Virus record (IMG/VR): IMGVR_UViG_3300045988_039373
Span: 1 to 64,000 of that record
Source: a virus
DNA: 64,000 nucleotides
Direction: 5' to 3' (one strand)
The notes under the pieces are model-generated. The model was not told the origin of the DNA and did no database searches. It saw nothing but the letters and a program-made list of their open reading frames with translations. The translations under genes were made by a program, and so were the position numbers. Positions 27,140 through 36,087 of the stretch are shown in pieces; positions within the stretch are counted from its first letter, which is position 1, and every line of letters starts with the position of its first letter.

Positions 27140-27214
27140 AATGCCTATATGCTTATTAATTGTAATCTTCTTTTCCTCCTACGGAGAAAAAGTAAATACT
27201 CATAGTACTTCTAG

Positions 27215-28702
27215 TTAACTCTTAATAAGGCTATGGTTAGGATGTTTCTTCCATAGCTTATCTAACAATATTACTTTCAATTCTTGTCTCTGATAATATT
27301 GCTTCCTATGCTTACCATGCCTATCTAAATAAGGGCCAGGATAATGAAGGTCATCCAGGTATACTTTCTTTTTCGATTTATCGGTTCTTACCAAACGACC
27401 AAGAAACTGAATAGATTTTTCCTGACTATCCATGCTTGCTGCATTAAGTAAATACCTAAGCTTAGGAAAGTTTTTACCTCGAGCAATGATTGTAGTTGAT
27501 ACCAAGATATCTATTTTGCCTTCCCTAAAATCCATCATTATTTGTTGTCTTAACTTAGAGGGAGTATTAACATGCACATAGGCAATATTATAGGCATCGC
27601 CCAGTTTCTTTTTAAAGAACTTATATAGATTTTCACAATGTGCAATATGCTTGCATACTACAAGAGCAGGATATCTACCTTGATTAATATTCCATCGTAA
27701 TCGATTATAAGCCATGGTCCACGCGGTATTATTTTCGGTAATAGAATCATCATATATCTCCTTATAGGATATACAATCAGATTCCCAATTACCATACCAA
27801 GGTTTACCGGGTACCATCTTTACGATAGTTTTAGTTGAGTAACCCTTCTTGATGGAATCCTTAAGTTTAAACTCAGCAATCACTTTACCAAAGAAACATT
27901 CTAGGTTCATATTCTTAACCCTATCCTTAGCAAGCTTACTCATATAAATCGTACCAGATAATCCTATACGAATTCTGGTATTAAATAACCGAGTGATTAC
28001 ATTCTGATATTGCTTACTACCTCCTTGGTCAGCCTCATCTATAAGTACCATATCTATTTGAGATAATTCCTTTTGATAGAATCTCATATTTCTCGAAATA
28101 GATTGAACCATACCTATAGTAAAGTTACTCCAGTTTAAAACCTTGCCTTGAACAAAAGTGATATCTTCTCCGGGAAGATATTGCTTAAATTCTTCTCTAG
28201 CTTGATTTAACCAATCCGAATCATTAGTTATTAGCAAAGTCTTTAACTGCTTCTTATAGGATAAATATAAAGACGACATGATAAGTGTTTTACCTGCATT
28301 AACAGTGTAATCTAATACGCCAATATGAAAAGGTGTATTCCCTATCTTATTATTGATAACTGCCTTAACAGCTTTCTCTTGCTCTGGTCTTAATTTATAT
28401 TTGCCTATATTCGTAACTACTTTACTGACTTTAGGTAAAGGTTGTCTCATATCTACAACTTTAGGTTTAATCCCCATCTCAATACACATATCGTATACTT
28501 TGGGAAGTAAACCTATTTTAAATTGCCCAGTCTTGGTGATGTAATGAATCTTACCGTCCCAATTCTGCATACCTCTTTGCCTTGTACGTAAGTAGAAAGC
28601 ATTTGGATGTCGAATAGCGAACTCATTATAAAGTTTTTGTGCGAACTTAAGAGGTAAGTCGAGTTCGCACATATTCCCATTCTGTATGATTATCCTACTC
28701 AT
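27215..28702 (-). CDS. Superfamily 2 DNA helicase (DEAD/UvsW-like).
   Basis: Walker A NAGKTLIM, DEAD box LIDEADQ, motif III LSGT, motif VI GRLVRT. Confidence 0.85.
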   Translation of the reverse strand: MSRIIIQNGNMCELDLPLKFAQKLYNEFAIRHPNAFYLRTRQRGMQNWDGKIHYITKTGQFKIGLLPKVYDMCIEMGIKPKVVDMRQPLPKVSKVVTNIGKYKLRPEQEKAVKAVINNKIGNTPFHIGVLDYTVNAGKTLIMSSLYLSYKKQLKTLLITNDSDWLNQAREEFKQYLPGEDITFVQGKVLNWSNFTIGMVQSISRNMRFYQKELSQIDMVLIDEADQGGSKQYQNVITRLFNTRIRIGLSGTIYMSKLAKDRVKNMNLECFFGKVIAEFKLKDSIKKGYSTKTIVKMVPGKPWYGNWESDCISYKEIYDDSITENNTAWTMAYNRLRWNINQGRYPALVVCKHIAHCENLYKFFKKKLGDAYNIAYVHVNTPSKLRQQIMMDFREGKIDILVSTTIIARGKNFPKLRYLLNAASMDSQEKSIQFLGRLVRTDKSKKKVYLDDLHYPGPYLDRHGKHRKQYYQRQELKVILLDKLWKKHPNHSLIKS

Positions 28703-29286
28703 TTGATAATTACCGTTACACCCTTAGTAGATTTATCCATACCCATTGCTTCCTTGAGAAGTTTAATATGATGCTCCTCATCCGCAATCAATTTCTCAAG
28801 GAAATAATTCACGTCATCGTAATCTGGGCGTTCTTCGTATTGAGCAATTGCTCTTTGAATTTTCTTGTAGTGACCAATAGTTTCTATCTCGGAATTCAAA
28901 GCAATCTTTAAAGCTTGTTCCCAAGTAGAACCAATCTCAATCGTAGGATTAATATTCATGGTAGAGTAATCCTCATAGGGATCTGCCTTTTGTAAAAAGT
29001 CCGATATCTTATCAAGGTGTCTCATCTCTACCAAACCAATACCCAACATCAATTCTGATATTTCTTCAAATCTAGAAGACTGTTGGGTATACATAATGAT
29101 GGCACTTAGTTCTGAGAACTTGGCATTCTTCCAAATCACATAGAACATATTAATTATCTCATCAGGCCATGGTTCGATATCCTTAAAATCTGGATAATCC
29201 ACGGATTGGTCTGAATACTTGAGGACATCTATAAAAGCATTAGCTGCATCCTCTACTCTGTTTCCGAAAAATTGTAAACCTTTCAT
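28699..29286 (-). CDS. Ferritin-like diiron-carboxylate protein (rubrerythrin/Mn-catalase-like fold; tentative).
   Basis: Two ExxH motifs (LVEMRHL, ADEEHHI) plus the partner glutamates FSELSAI and NSEIETIGHY. Confidence 0.5.
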   Translation of the reverse strand: MKGLQFFGNRVEDAANAFIDVLKYSDQSVDYPDFKDIEPWPDEIINMFYVIWKNAKFSELSAIIMYTQQSSRFEEISELMLGIGLVEMRHLDKISDFLQKADPYEDYSTMNINPTIEIGSTWEQALKIALNSEIETIGHYKKIQRAIAQYEERPDYDDVNYFLEKLIADEEHHIKLLKEAMGMDKSTKGVTVIIK

Positions 29287-29287
29287 A

Positions 29288-30109
29288 TCATTTTCTTATT
29301 TTATCCCAAAGGGAACCTTCAACTTCTGGTTCACCTTCAAGTAGTTGTTTATTCTTATATTTATATAAATACTTATTGTATCTTTCAATTGCTTTATCCG
29401 TATACATTTGTGCAATATCCGGTAACCCATTGCACCATGCAAGAGATTCAAACTGAGCATCGATGAAGGTCTTATAATTCCAGCCCTCCTCTTTTAGGAA
29501 TTCACCTACCTTTGCAAAGTGTACATACTTCTCGGGTTGATTTTCATAAGACTCATATATACCAGTTGCCTTAGCAATCTTACCTATGAAATAATCATGT
29601 ATCTCTTTAGTAAGTTCTAAATCTGAATGTTGTAATTCTATCTCAGCATCTATCTGATTAGTAATGTTCTCCTGCATGGATAATAACCTTTGCATAACAT
29701 TACGATAATCAGTCATCCTCTTTAACCCAGTCTCAATGTATTTAATAAAACCTTCCCGGGTATCAAATTTGAAATCTTCACAGAAGTTATTACATACTTC
29801 TGCAAGCTTTTTACAATTTGCCCATTCCCGAGAATTACTTTCATTTATTTTACGAACCCCTCTATGCTTTAACTTTATACGAGTTGCATATAAAATATCA
29901 GCAACAAGGGCAGCATCCCCCTTAGATGCTAGTAAAATGTTATTAACTCGCTTAGTATTCTTATTGTTAGAAACTAAGACTGCTCTATGATTTATTGCCT
30001 CCTTTCGAGCAATAACAAAAAAAGCCTCAACTGGGAAATTATCTACCTCTAGGGTATTTAATATTTCCTCAAATTGAGACTTAGTTATATGGATAGATGG
30101 TTCACGCAT
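29288..30109 (-). CDS. Hypothetical protein (273 aa).
   Basis: ORF track; ATG at 30107-30109. Confidence 0.7.
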   Translation of the reverse strand: MREPSIHITKSQFEEILNTLEVDNFPVEAFFVIARKEAINHRAVLVSNNKNTKRVNNILLASKGDAALVADILYATRIKLKHRGVRKINESNSREWANCKKLAEVCNNFCEDFKFDTREGFIKYIETGLKRMTDYRNVMQRLLSMQENITNQIDAEIELQHSDLELTKEIHDYFIGKIAKATGIYESYENQPEKYVHFAKVGEFLKEEGWNYKTFIDAQFESLAWCNGLPDIAQMYTDKAIERYNKYLYKYKNKQLLEGEPEVEGSLWDKIRK

Positions 30110-30142
30110 AAATATATTATTTTATAATATAATAGGAACTCC

Positions 30143-31096
30143 CTATTTCAATGAGTTTCTGATTGATATCAATTCTTGATAACTTTGGTACCTGGTAGCA
30201 TATACTAGCTTAAGTGTCTGACTTCTCCCTAAATCATTTACGTCTTTTCCGTCTGGTAAAAACACCACCTTGACTTTTTTATATGCAACAAGCTTGAGAG
30301 CCAAGTTGATGGCATATTCTTTTGCGTCTGGGTCCAACAATATAATAAATCTTTCGCATTGGGATTTAAGTAACTCATTGACTTGGAATGCAGATATAGC
30401 TTTGCCCATTGTGGCAATTGCTCTATCCCCAATTGTGAGAGCATTAAGTGCCCCTTCGCAAATGAATACCGACCGATACATCTCCAACGCATCATGATTA
30501 AAGATGATAAATTGTTTTCCCAAACCGGTGATGTCTTTGTCTGGGTTATTATATCTGGGTCCTTTGCCAATAACATTTCGAGCATTGTAATACCTAAGTT
30601 GTCCTCGATAATAAAACGGGATGATAAGGTACCCATATGTCGTACCCATTGTTCCATATCCGATACCACATCTTGAAAACTTCTCGAGGTTAAAGCCGCG
30701 TTTCTTGATATATCCACGAATGCTTTTTGCAAGTTGGCTGTCTCCGAGCGAAATATTTCTAAATCCATCTGGGAGATATACGGGCTTACTTTCGGCAAGT
30801 TCGATTTTCTCTTCCTTAAACTGTAGTTCATCAAATTGGCCATTGTTCAAAAAATTAATTAGTTCATGGTACTCAGTAAATCCTTCTATATCCATTATTA
30901 GTTGAGCAGGAGAAGGATGGGCATTACATCTAAAACAATTGGTTCTATACATAGAAAGGTTAACTCCCAACTTATGTTCTCTCCCACAATAGGGGCAAGT
31001 TGGTATACGCATCCAGCCATGCCGGTAATCGTAACCTCCCAATCGTTTAATAAAGTATGTCCTTAGTCTAGATTTAAACTGATTGGTTATTTTCAT
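30143..31096 (-). CDS. DnaG/T7 gp4-like DNA primase (zinc finger + TOPRIM).
   Basis: CPYCGREHKLGVNLSMYRTNCFRCNAH; TOPRIM FICEGALNALT ... ILLDPDA. Confidence 0.8.
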   Translation of the reverse strand: MKITNQFKSRLRTYFIKRLGGYDYRHGWMRIPTCPYCGREHKLGVNLSMYRTNCFRCNAHPSPAQLIMDIEGFTEYHELINFLNNGQFDELQFKEEKIELAESKPVYLPDGFRNISLGDSQLAKSIRGYIKKRGFNLEKFSRCGIGYGTMGTTYGYLIIPFYYRGQLRYYNARNVIGKGPRYNNPDKDITGLGKQFIIFNHDALEMYRSVFICEGALNALTIGDRAIATMGKAISAFQVNELLKSQCERFIILLDPDAKEYAINLALKLVAYKKVKVVFLPDGKDVNDLGRSQTLKLVYATRYQSYQELISIRNSLK

Positions 31097-31253
31097 ACTC
31101 TCTTATAGCTTTCCTAATTACTTTTCGAAGTTTCTTTAAATCCTCTAAATCTAAATCATTGATACAAGTTGTTTGCCAACCATTATGAGATATTTCTAAA
31201 GCTACCCCATCAGACCATCTATCTTTTACTACCTCTACTTTCTTTGTTTTCAT
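31074..31253 (-). CDS. Small ORF (59 aa) below the track threshold, between the HNH and primase genes.
   Basis: Hand translation: MKTKKVEVVKDRWSDGVALEISHNGWQTTCINDLDLEDLKKLRKVIRKAIREYENNQSV. It overlaps the HNH 3' end by 35 nt and the primase start by 23 nt. Confidence 0.4.
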   Translation of the reverse strand: MKTKKVEVVKDRWSDGVALEISHNGWQTTCINDLDLEDLKKLRKVIRKAIREYENNQSV

Positions 31254-31800
31254 AACTGTTATTTAATATATTACGAATTACCCTATCACCAACTCCAAAT
31301 CTCTTTCCTAGAACCCTTAATAAAGTTTTGTTTACTTTCCATTTAGTAAACCCTAATTGGATTAGTTCAGATAGTAATGTATTATAATAAGCTTTTACTT
31401 TAGGTATATCATTTAAGTTTAATTTACGATGTATATTATCCTTACCCATTACTGAAATCAGATTATTACCATCCCTGATAGATTGGTATACATTTTCTTT
31501 CTGGGTACCCCATTTTAGATTCTTATAATAATTATTATAAATATCGTTATCTAAGTGCATTACTACAGGTAAATTATTGGGGTTAGGTACATAAACAGTA
31601 GCTACTAATCTGTGAACAAAAATCTTTGTAGACTTACCATCCCTATAAAGGGATACACTATAGTATTTGGGACGTTTCTTTGGTATTAGTGGGGTAAACT
31701 CATTACTTAATTTACCCCTACTTCCTCGGACATATCTTGAATATACGCTCCCAGTTTTAGAAACGTAGTATCCCATAAATCCTGGTATATTATCTTTCAT
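31219..31800 (-). CDS. HNH homing endonuclease (NUMOD4 + HNH_3 type); paralog of 19783-20313.
   Basis: YYVSKTGSVYS; VHRLVATVYVPNPNNLPVVMHLDNDIYNNYYKNLKWGTQKEN. It is inserted between the helicase and primase genes. Confidence 0.8.
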   Translation of the reverse strand: MKDNIPGFMGYYVSKTGSVYSRYVRGSRGKLSNEFTPLIPKKRPKYYSVSLYRDGKSTKIFVHRLVATVYVPNPNNLPVVMHLDNDIYNNYYKNLKWGTQKENVYQSIRDGNNLISVMGKDNIHRKLNLNDIPKVKAYYNTLLSELIQLGFTKWKVNKTLLRVLGKRFGVGDRVIRNILNNSYENKESRGSKR

Positions 31801-33236
31801 TATATATCTCCTTGCTTTTTGTTATATTTCTCTATATTAGCATCTGGGTTACTAGAACTTTTTAGAGAATTATCTAGTTGTTCTCCATATACCCTGTCAT
31901 ATTCTTTTCGTTGTTCTCTAGTAAATTCGGTACACCGTTGAGTTTCTGTAGAGCATTTAAAAAGAGCTCTACCTGATGGTAGACCATCCCTTTGAACCAC
32001 TATCTCGGCCCTTAATATATCATCCCTTTCTTCTTGTTCTGTAGCATTTAACCCCATAATTACTTGAGCATTTCTTACTATGGCTATAGAACCAGATATA
32101 TCATTTTCATCATATCTGGTTTTTCTATGTTTTTTACCCTCTCTAGTAATATGATGTGCAGTCCAGATTATATCAAGTTTCATTTCTTCGGCTAAGTTAC
32201 TCAAGTCTATATATACATTAGATATTCTTTCGAAATCTTCCCTATCCCCCGCTATTGATGCAAGTTTACCAGCGTAGTCAACCATAAGAACTTTAATATC
32301 GATTCCTTGATTACGAAGTTGAATTATCTTTTCCCTTATATAAGTGGTATTAGTAATCATTGCTGGTACACGCTCAACCACTAATTCAACTCCAAACCTT
32401 GCAAGTTTCCTTAAATGCTTTGCCTCGAGTTTATCATATTCACCTGAATATAATTCCTTCTTGGTTTTATTAATACTTGATTGAATGAAACGGTCCATGA
32501 TTTGGTCCTGACCATTTTCTGTATCTATATATAATACTGACTTCTTCATTCTGAGATAACCTCTTGCAAGGTTTACCATAAAGAATGTCTTCTTTGCTTT
32601 GGGTTTATCCAATATCACATTTACAGAATGCTCTGGATAACCTCCTGCATTGGTAAGGTCATTCAATTGCCTATATGGGCAAGGTATTACTGATGGTTCA
32701 GATTGTCTTTTAAACTGTCTTTCTGTAACATCTCGTATCATATATAGGGGTTCATCCTCTTTCTTAGGTTTACTTTTCTGTAGTACCTTTTCAATCTTCC
32801 TTGAATACTCTTCATATTGTTCGAAGTTATCCAAGTCGAAGGAATCATTTAGGTTCTTCATTTCAACGTAAGTAGAGAACTGATATATCCTTTCCTTGAT
32901 ATATTCTGAATCAGATAAAGGAATATGATACAGATTACTTATCAGTTTTTGAATACTGGGCAAGTCATCCTTAGTTACTAAATCGACGTATGCCTTTGAT
33001 TCTAGCAATTCTTTTATCACCTGCTTCAGGATATTTTCTGAAGGCATCTTGCCTTGCTTTTTAAAATACTTTGATATGCCCTCGAATATAAGAGCATGTT
33101 CTATGAGAACCAGATAACTTGATTTAACCCGACGTAGGACTAAACCACCTTCTTTATCCCTTAAAATGAACCGGAGTATCTCTAACTGGAAGTCCGGAGT
33201 GAAACTAAATTTAACTAAATCTTTAAACTTTTTCAT
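31800..33236 (-). CDS. DnaB-like replicative helicase with an atypical Walker A.
   Basis: GGYPEHSVNVILDKPKAKKTFFMVNLA ... VLYIDTENGQDQIMDRF ... VLMVDYAGKL parallels DnaB. The track start at 33305 is TTG, and the first in-frame ATG is at 33234-33236 (MKKFKDL). Confidence 0.65.
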   Translation of the reverse strand: MKKFKDLVKFSFTPDFQLEILRFILRDKEGGLVLRRVKSSYLVLIEHALIFEGISKYFKKQGKMPSENILKQVIKELLESKAYVDLVTKDDLPSIQKLISNLYHIPLSDSEYIKERIYQFSTYVEMKNLNDSFDLDNFEQYEEYSRKIEKVLQKSKPKKEDEPLYMIRDVTERQFKRQSEPSVIPCPYRQLNDLTNAGGYPEHSVNVILDKPKAKKTFFMVNLARGYLRMKKSVLYIDTENGQDQIMDRFIQSSINKTKKELYSGEYDKLEAKHLRKLARFGVELVVERVPAMITNTTYIREKIIQLRNQGIDIKVLMVDYAGKLASIAGDREDFERISNVYIDLSNLAEEMKLDIIWTAHHITREGKKHRKTRYDENDISGSIAIVRNAQVIMGLNATEQEERDDILRAEIVVQRDGLPSGRALFKCSTETQRCTEFTREQRKEYDRVYGEQLDNSLKSSSNPDANIEKYNKKQGDI

Positions 33237-33382
33237 ATCTATATTGCAATATTTATAAACTAATAGATTTTGATAGTACCGAGATAGTTCTGAGCATGTT
33301 GACAACTATCTAGAAACATACTAATCCACTACCTTAAGCTCAAGTATATTTAATATTATTATTTTATATAAGAAAAAATACT

Positions 33383-33392
33383 TATATTTGCA
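33383..33392 (+). promoter_or_regulatory. Early-promoter box TATATTTGCA, copy 5 of 5 and the only one in plus-strand sense.
   Basis: cttatatttgcataa, 20 nt upstream of the ATG at 33413, inside an A/T-rich divergent intergenic region. Confidence 0.6.
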
Positions 33393-33412
33393 TAACGAAT
33401 ATTTAAAAGAAC

Positions 33413-34066
33413 ATGGGAAAAAGTAAAGGAAATAATGGCTCAGAGCTTCATAGATTAAAACCTATGCAGGAATATGATGAAGCTACATTCAACAGACTTT
33501 ATAAAGTTTGTAAGCCAGTAATCAGAAATCTTACCCGACAGATTGATTATAAAAGGTTTAATCTTACACCTGATATCATTCAGTCTTATTTCTGGGATAA
33601 GATGTTATTTGTTTTCAACAAATACTATGGTGAATGTACTGAAGAACATCTTAAAGCAAGAATCCTTGCATCACTTAGTACATTCAAGAATAAACTACTT
33701 CGTTCGGCATACGGAGAACAAGCAGAGTATAATCAAAATCTCTTTAAGCTTGATGATTTGTTTGATAATGACAAAGAATTAGAGGATGATAGTGAACAAG
33801 AGAAAGCTAAATCCGAAATGCTTGATATGATGTATAAGTATATGAAGGATAAACTTTCTCCCGATGCCCATCTCCTATTCGAGGTATTATTAACTCCCCC
33901 TCCTTTTATTAAAGAGAGGCTTGGAGATAGTACTCGAATTACCAACATAATGCTTATAGAGTTTTTCGAAATGCCTAAGACTAATGATTCTATGAGATAT
34001 ATCTCAGAACTTAGACAAGATATCCAATACTGGGAAGATAGAGCTAAGGAAGAACTTAAGTATTAA
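33413..34066 (+). CDS. Putative ECF-like sigma-70 family factor; the only plus-strand gene in the window.
   Basis: Region-2-like ATFNRLYKVCKPVIRNL ... PDIIQSYFWDKMLFVFNKY ... KARILASLSTFKNKLLRS. Region-4-like C-terminus LSPDAHLLFEVLL ... ISELRQDIQYWEDRAKEEL. By-eye match only. Confidence 0.5.
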   Translation: MGKSKGNNGSELHRLKPMQEYDEATFNRLYKVCKPVIRNLTRQIDYKRFNLTPDIIQSYFWDKMLFVFNKYYGECTEEHLKARILASLSTFKNKLLRSAYGEQAEYNQNLFKLDDLFDNDKELEDDSEQEKAKSEMLDMMYKYMKDKLSPDAHLLFEVLLTPPPFIKERLGDSTRITNIMLIEFFEMPKTNDSMRYISELRQDIQYWEDRAKEELKY

Positions 34067-34078
34067 CACAAAAGAAAA

Positions 34079-34098
34079 GGGACGTTTCCCAACGTCCC
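34079..34098. terminator. Bidirectional intrinsic terminator between convergent genes.
   Basis: GGGACGTT tccc AACGTCCC (8-bp GC-rich stem). In minus sense it is followed by TTTTCTTTTG. Confidence 0.7.
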
Positions 34099-34198
34099 TT
34101 CCCAACAGATTTTCAAAATCAACTATGCAAACACGATTTGTAAAGTGTCAAATACTAATAACTAATTCAATCTATATTATGAAGTGGAATGAAGTTAC

Positions 34199-35554
34199 TT
34201 AGGATGATATCTTTTGGATATATCGTAATGTAATAGTCGGTGGCAATTTTTCGATATTCAGAGTCTCTACCGAAGTCTCTTGTAAGAAACTTTCACCAAG
34301 CAAATTCCAGCTCACTACAATAGCACCATCCTGGATTCCTTTAGTTGGAGTTCCTCTACCAAAGTCACCATTTAAACCTGTCTCTCTATTAAAGAAAGAT
34401 TGAGGACGAACGTTCTCCCAGTTGTTAGCATTATCCTGCTTACCTTTAGATACACCAAGAGCATGTCTATGCTTAGGCAAATCATCACCCTTAATCTGGA
34501 TAAGGAAGTTACCCTGAGTAGGAATATAATAATCTCCCACATTCTGCAACATAGTTTCATCACCAATTTGAATACCTCCTGCTTGATAACCCATAACTAT
34601 TCTACCAGATGCCTTTGTATATTCTGCCCAACCCTCAGGTATTACATCAGTTTCCCAGAGGATAATAGAACCGATTGGGAGATTAGCAGTACTCAGGGAT
34701 TCGGCAAACTCTTTTCTGATTGCCTCGAGTTGAGCATCAATGTATTGTTTGATGTTCAATGTATTACCTGCTTCATCTACTACTGGGAACCCAGTATTCA
34801 TTTCTTCGGTTCTCTTTATGGATTCTTTGAATGAACTGTGAGTTGCAGTAGTAAAGGGTATCTCCTGGAATTTACCCTGGTAAGGTACGATGGCAAAGTT
34901 CTCATTTCGTTTTGTCATTGCATCGGTTCCTTTACCATAGATACCAATAAGAACAACCGAATTTTTATTATTAGAGTAATAAGGGCAAGCACTCTCTACC
35001 ATCTCTAGAAGATTGCTATAGGTCATATTATAATCGGAATATACATCACTATTAAGTATACTCGGAGTACGATTTGCCTCGGCAATCGGATAGTAGATAT
35101 CATTAGCCTTTTTGAATAAATCATAGAAGCTTTCTGAGGATTCATTCCAATAGGCTACGAAGTCTACTGGATTATCTACGGGTTCTGAGATAGTAGTATG
35201 TACTGCAAAAAGTAATACCTCTTCAGTTGAGCCCTGAGTACCTTGGATGTTTTCAATGGTAAGGGTTTGCTCATCAGAGATAAATACATATCCATCTCTT
35301 GAGATACAACCAAAGTTTACATCAGGTAATTCCCCATCTTCTGAAGCTTTTGCCATGTACCTTGCCATGATACGGTCTTTGATTACATTAGCATACTTAC
35401 TTCCTGATACTCCCTGAGGAGATACTGTTAACCTATTACCATTTATGGTGGCTGAGCCAAAACCACAGAATGGTCCTAAACCAGAGGGAGCAGCAATTGC
35501 CTCTGCTGCTTCCTTTGATTTAATGATACCTTCATACTTAAAGTACGTCTTCAT
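34199..35554 (-). CDS. Tail fibre protein with a C-terminal tail-collar-like domain.
   Basis: LPIGSIILWETDVIPEGWAEY ... LPKHRHALG resembles the phage tail collar motif. It is the last gene of the baseplate operon. Confidence 0.6.
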   Translation of the reverse strand: MKTYFKYEGIIKSKEAAEAIAAPSGLGPFCGFGSATINGNRLTVSPQGVSGSKYANVIKDRIMARYMAKASEDGELPDVNFGCISRDGYVFISDEQTLTIENIQGTQGSTEEVLLFAVHTTISEPVDNPVDFVAYWNESSESFYDLFKKANDIYYPIAEANRTPSILNSDVYSDYNMTYSNLLEMVESACPYYSNNKNSVVLIGIYGKGTDAMTKRNENFAIVPYQGKFQEIPFTTATHSSFKESIKRTEEMNTGFPVVDEAGNTLNIKQYIDAQLEAIRKEFAESLSTANLPIGSIILWETDVIPEGWAEYTKASGRIVMGYQAGGIQIGDETMLQNVGDYYIPTQGNFLIQIKGDDLPKHRHALGVSKGKQDNANNWENVRPQSFFNRETGLNGDFGRGTPTKGIQDGAIVVSWNLLGESFLQETSVETLNIEKLPPTITLRYIQKISS

Positions 35555-35571
35555 TATTGTTATTTTTAAAG

Positions 35572-36087
35572 TTATTTATTGTTATTTTTAAAGTTATTCT
35601 TTTGTTCTGCCATATCTTTAAATGCTTCACCCAAATCCTTAAACTTGAAGGTTAACAATTTAAAGAGAATCTTCCATATACTGTACTTCTTTTTGATACC
35701 ATGTATTTCGCAGATATGACCATAGATACTATCTACTTCAAAGCAATAGCATAATACCATTACTGTAATAGATACTACGATTGGGTCCATTCCGTATGGT
35801 TCGCCTATGGCCTTACCAAGTACAGCTCCCAATAAAACATAGCAGATATAATCTACTATCTTATTTAGAGTTCTTCTTCCAGCTCTAGACTTTCGAATTT
35901 CTATACCTTGGATTCTACTGGCAGATACTCCAAACCATAAATCTGATAGGATTAAGATTATTGCCAGTACTATCATCCATCTCAAATCATAAAGAATTTG
36001 AGTACACTCTCCCAATATGCCCACAGTAAATGTCTTGAATAAAGACTGAGTTGTGGTCTCAGTGATTCTATCGATTGTATTTATCAT
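35572..36087 (-). CDS. Holin-like membrane protein (TcdE/LL-H holin family pattern).
   Basis: The ATG is at 36085-36087 (ATGA overlap; the track start was TTG). TM helices are present; SDLWFGVSASRIQGIEIRKSRAGRRTLNKIV and FEVDSIYGHICEIHG parallel the D..G..A...S..G..K and E..SI..N motifs. Confidence 0.5.
   Translation of the reverse strand: MINTIDRITETTTQSLFKTFTVGILGECTQILYDLRWMIVLAIILILSDLWFGVSASRIQGIEIRKSRAGRRTLNKIVDYICYVLLGAVLGKAIGEPYGMDPIVVSITVMVLCYCFEVDSIYGHICEIHGIKKKYSIWKILFKLLTFKFKDLGEAFKDMAEQKNNFKNNNK

Noticed and set aside
34067-34198. Convergent intergenic region checked for a DGR template repeat, or for an ncRNA related to the tail fibre C-terminus.
   Set aside because: I found no sequence similarity to the fibre gene 3' end. 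The only notable structure is the bidirectional terminator hairpin.
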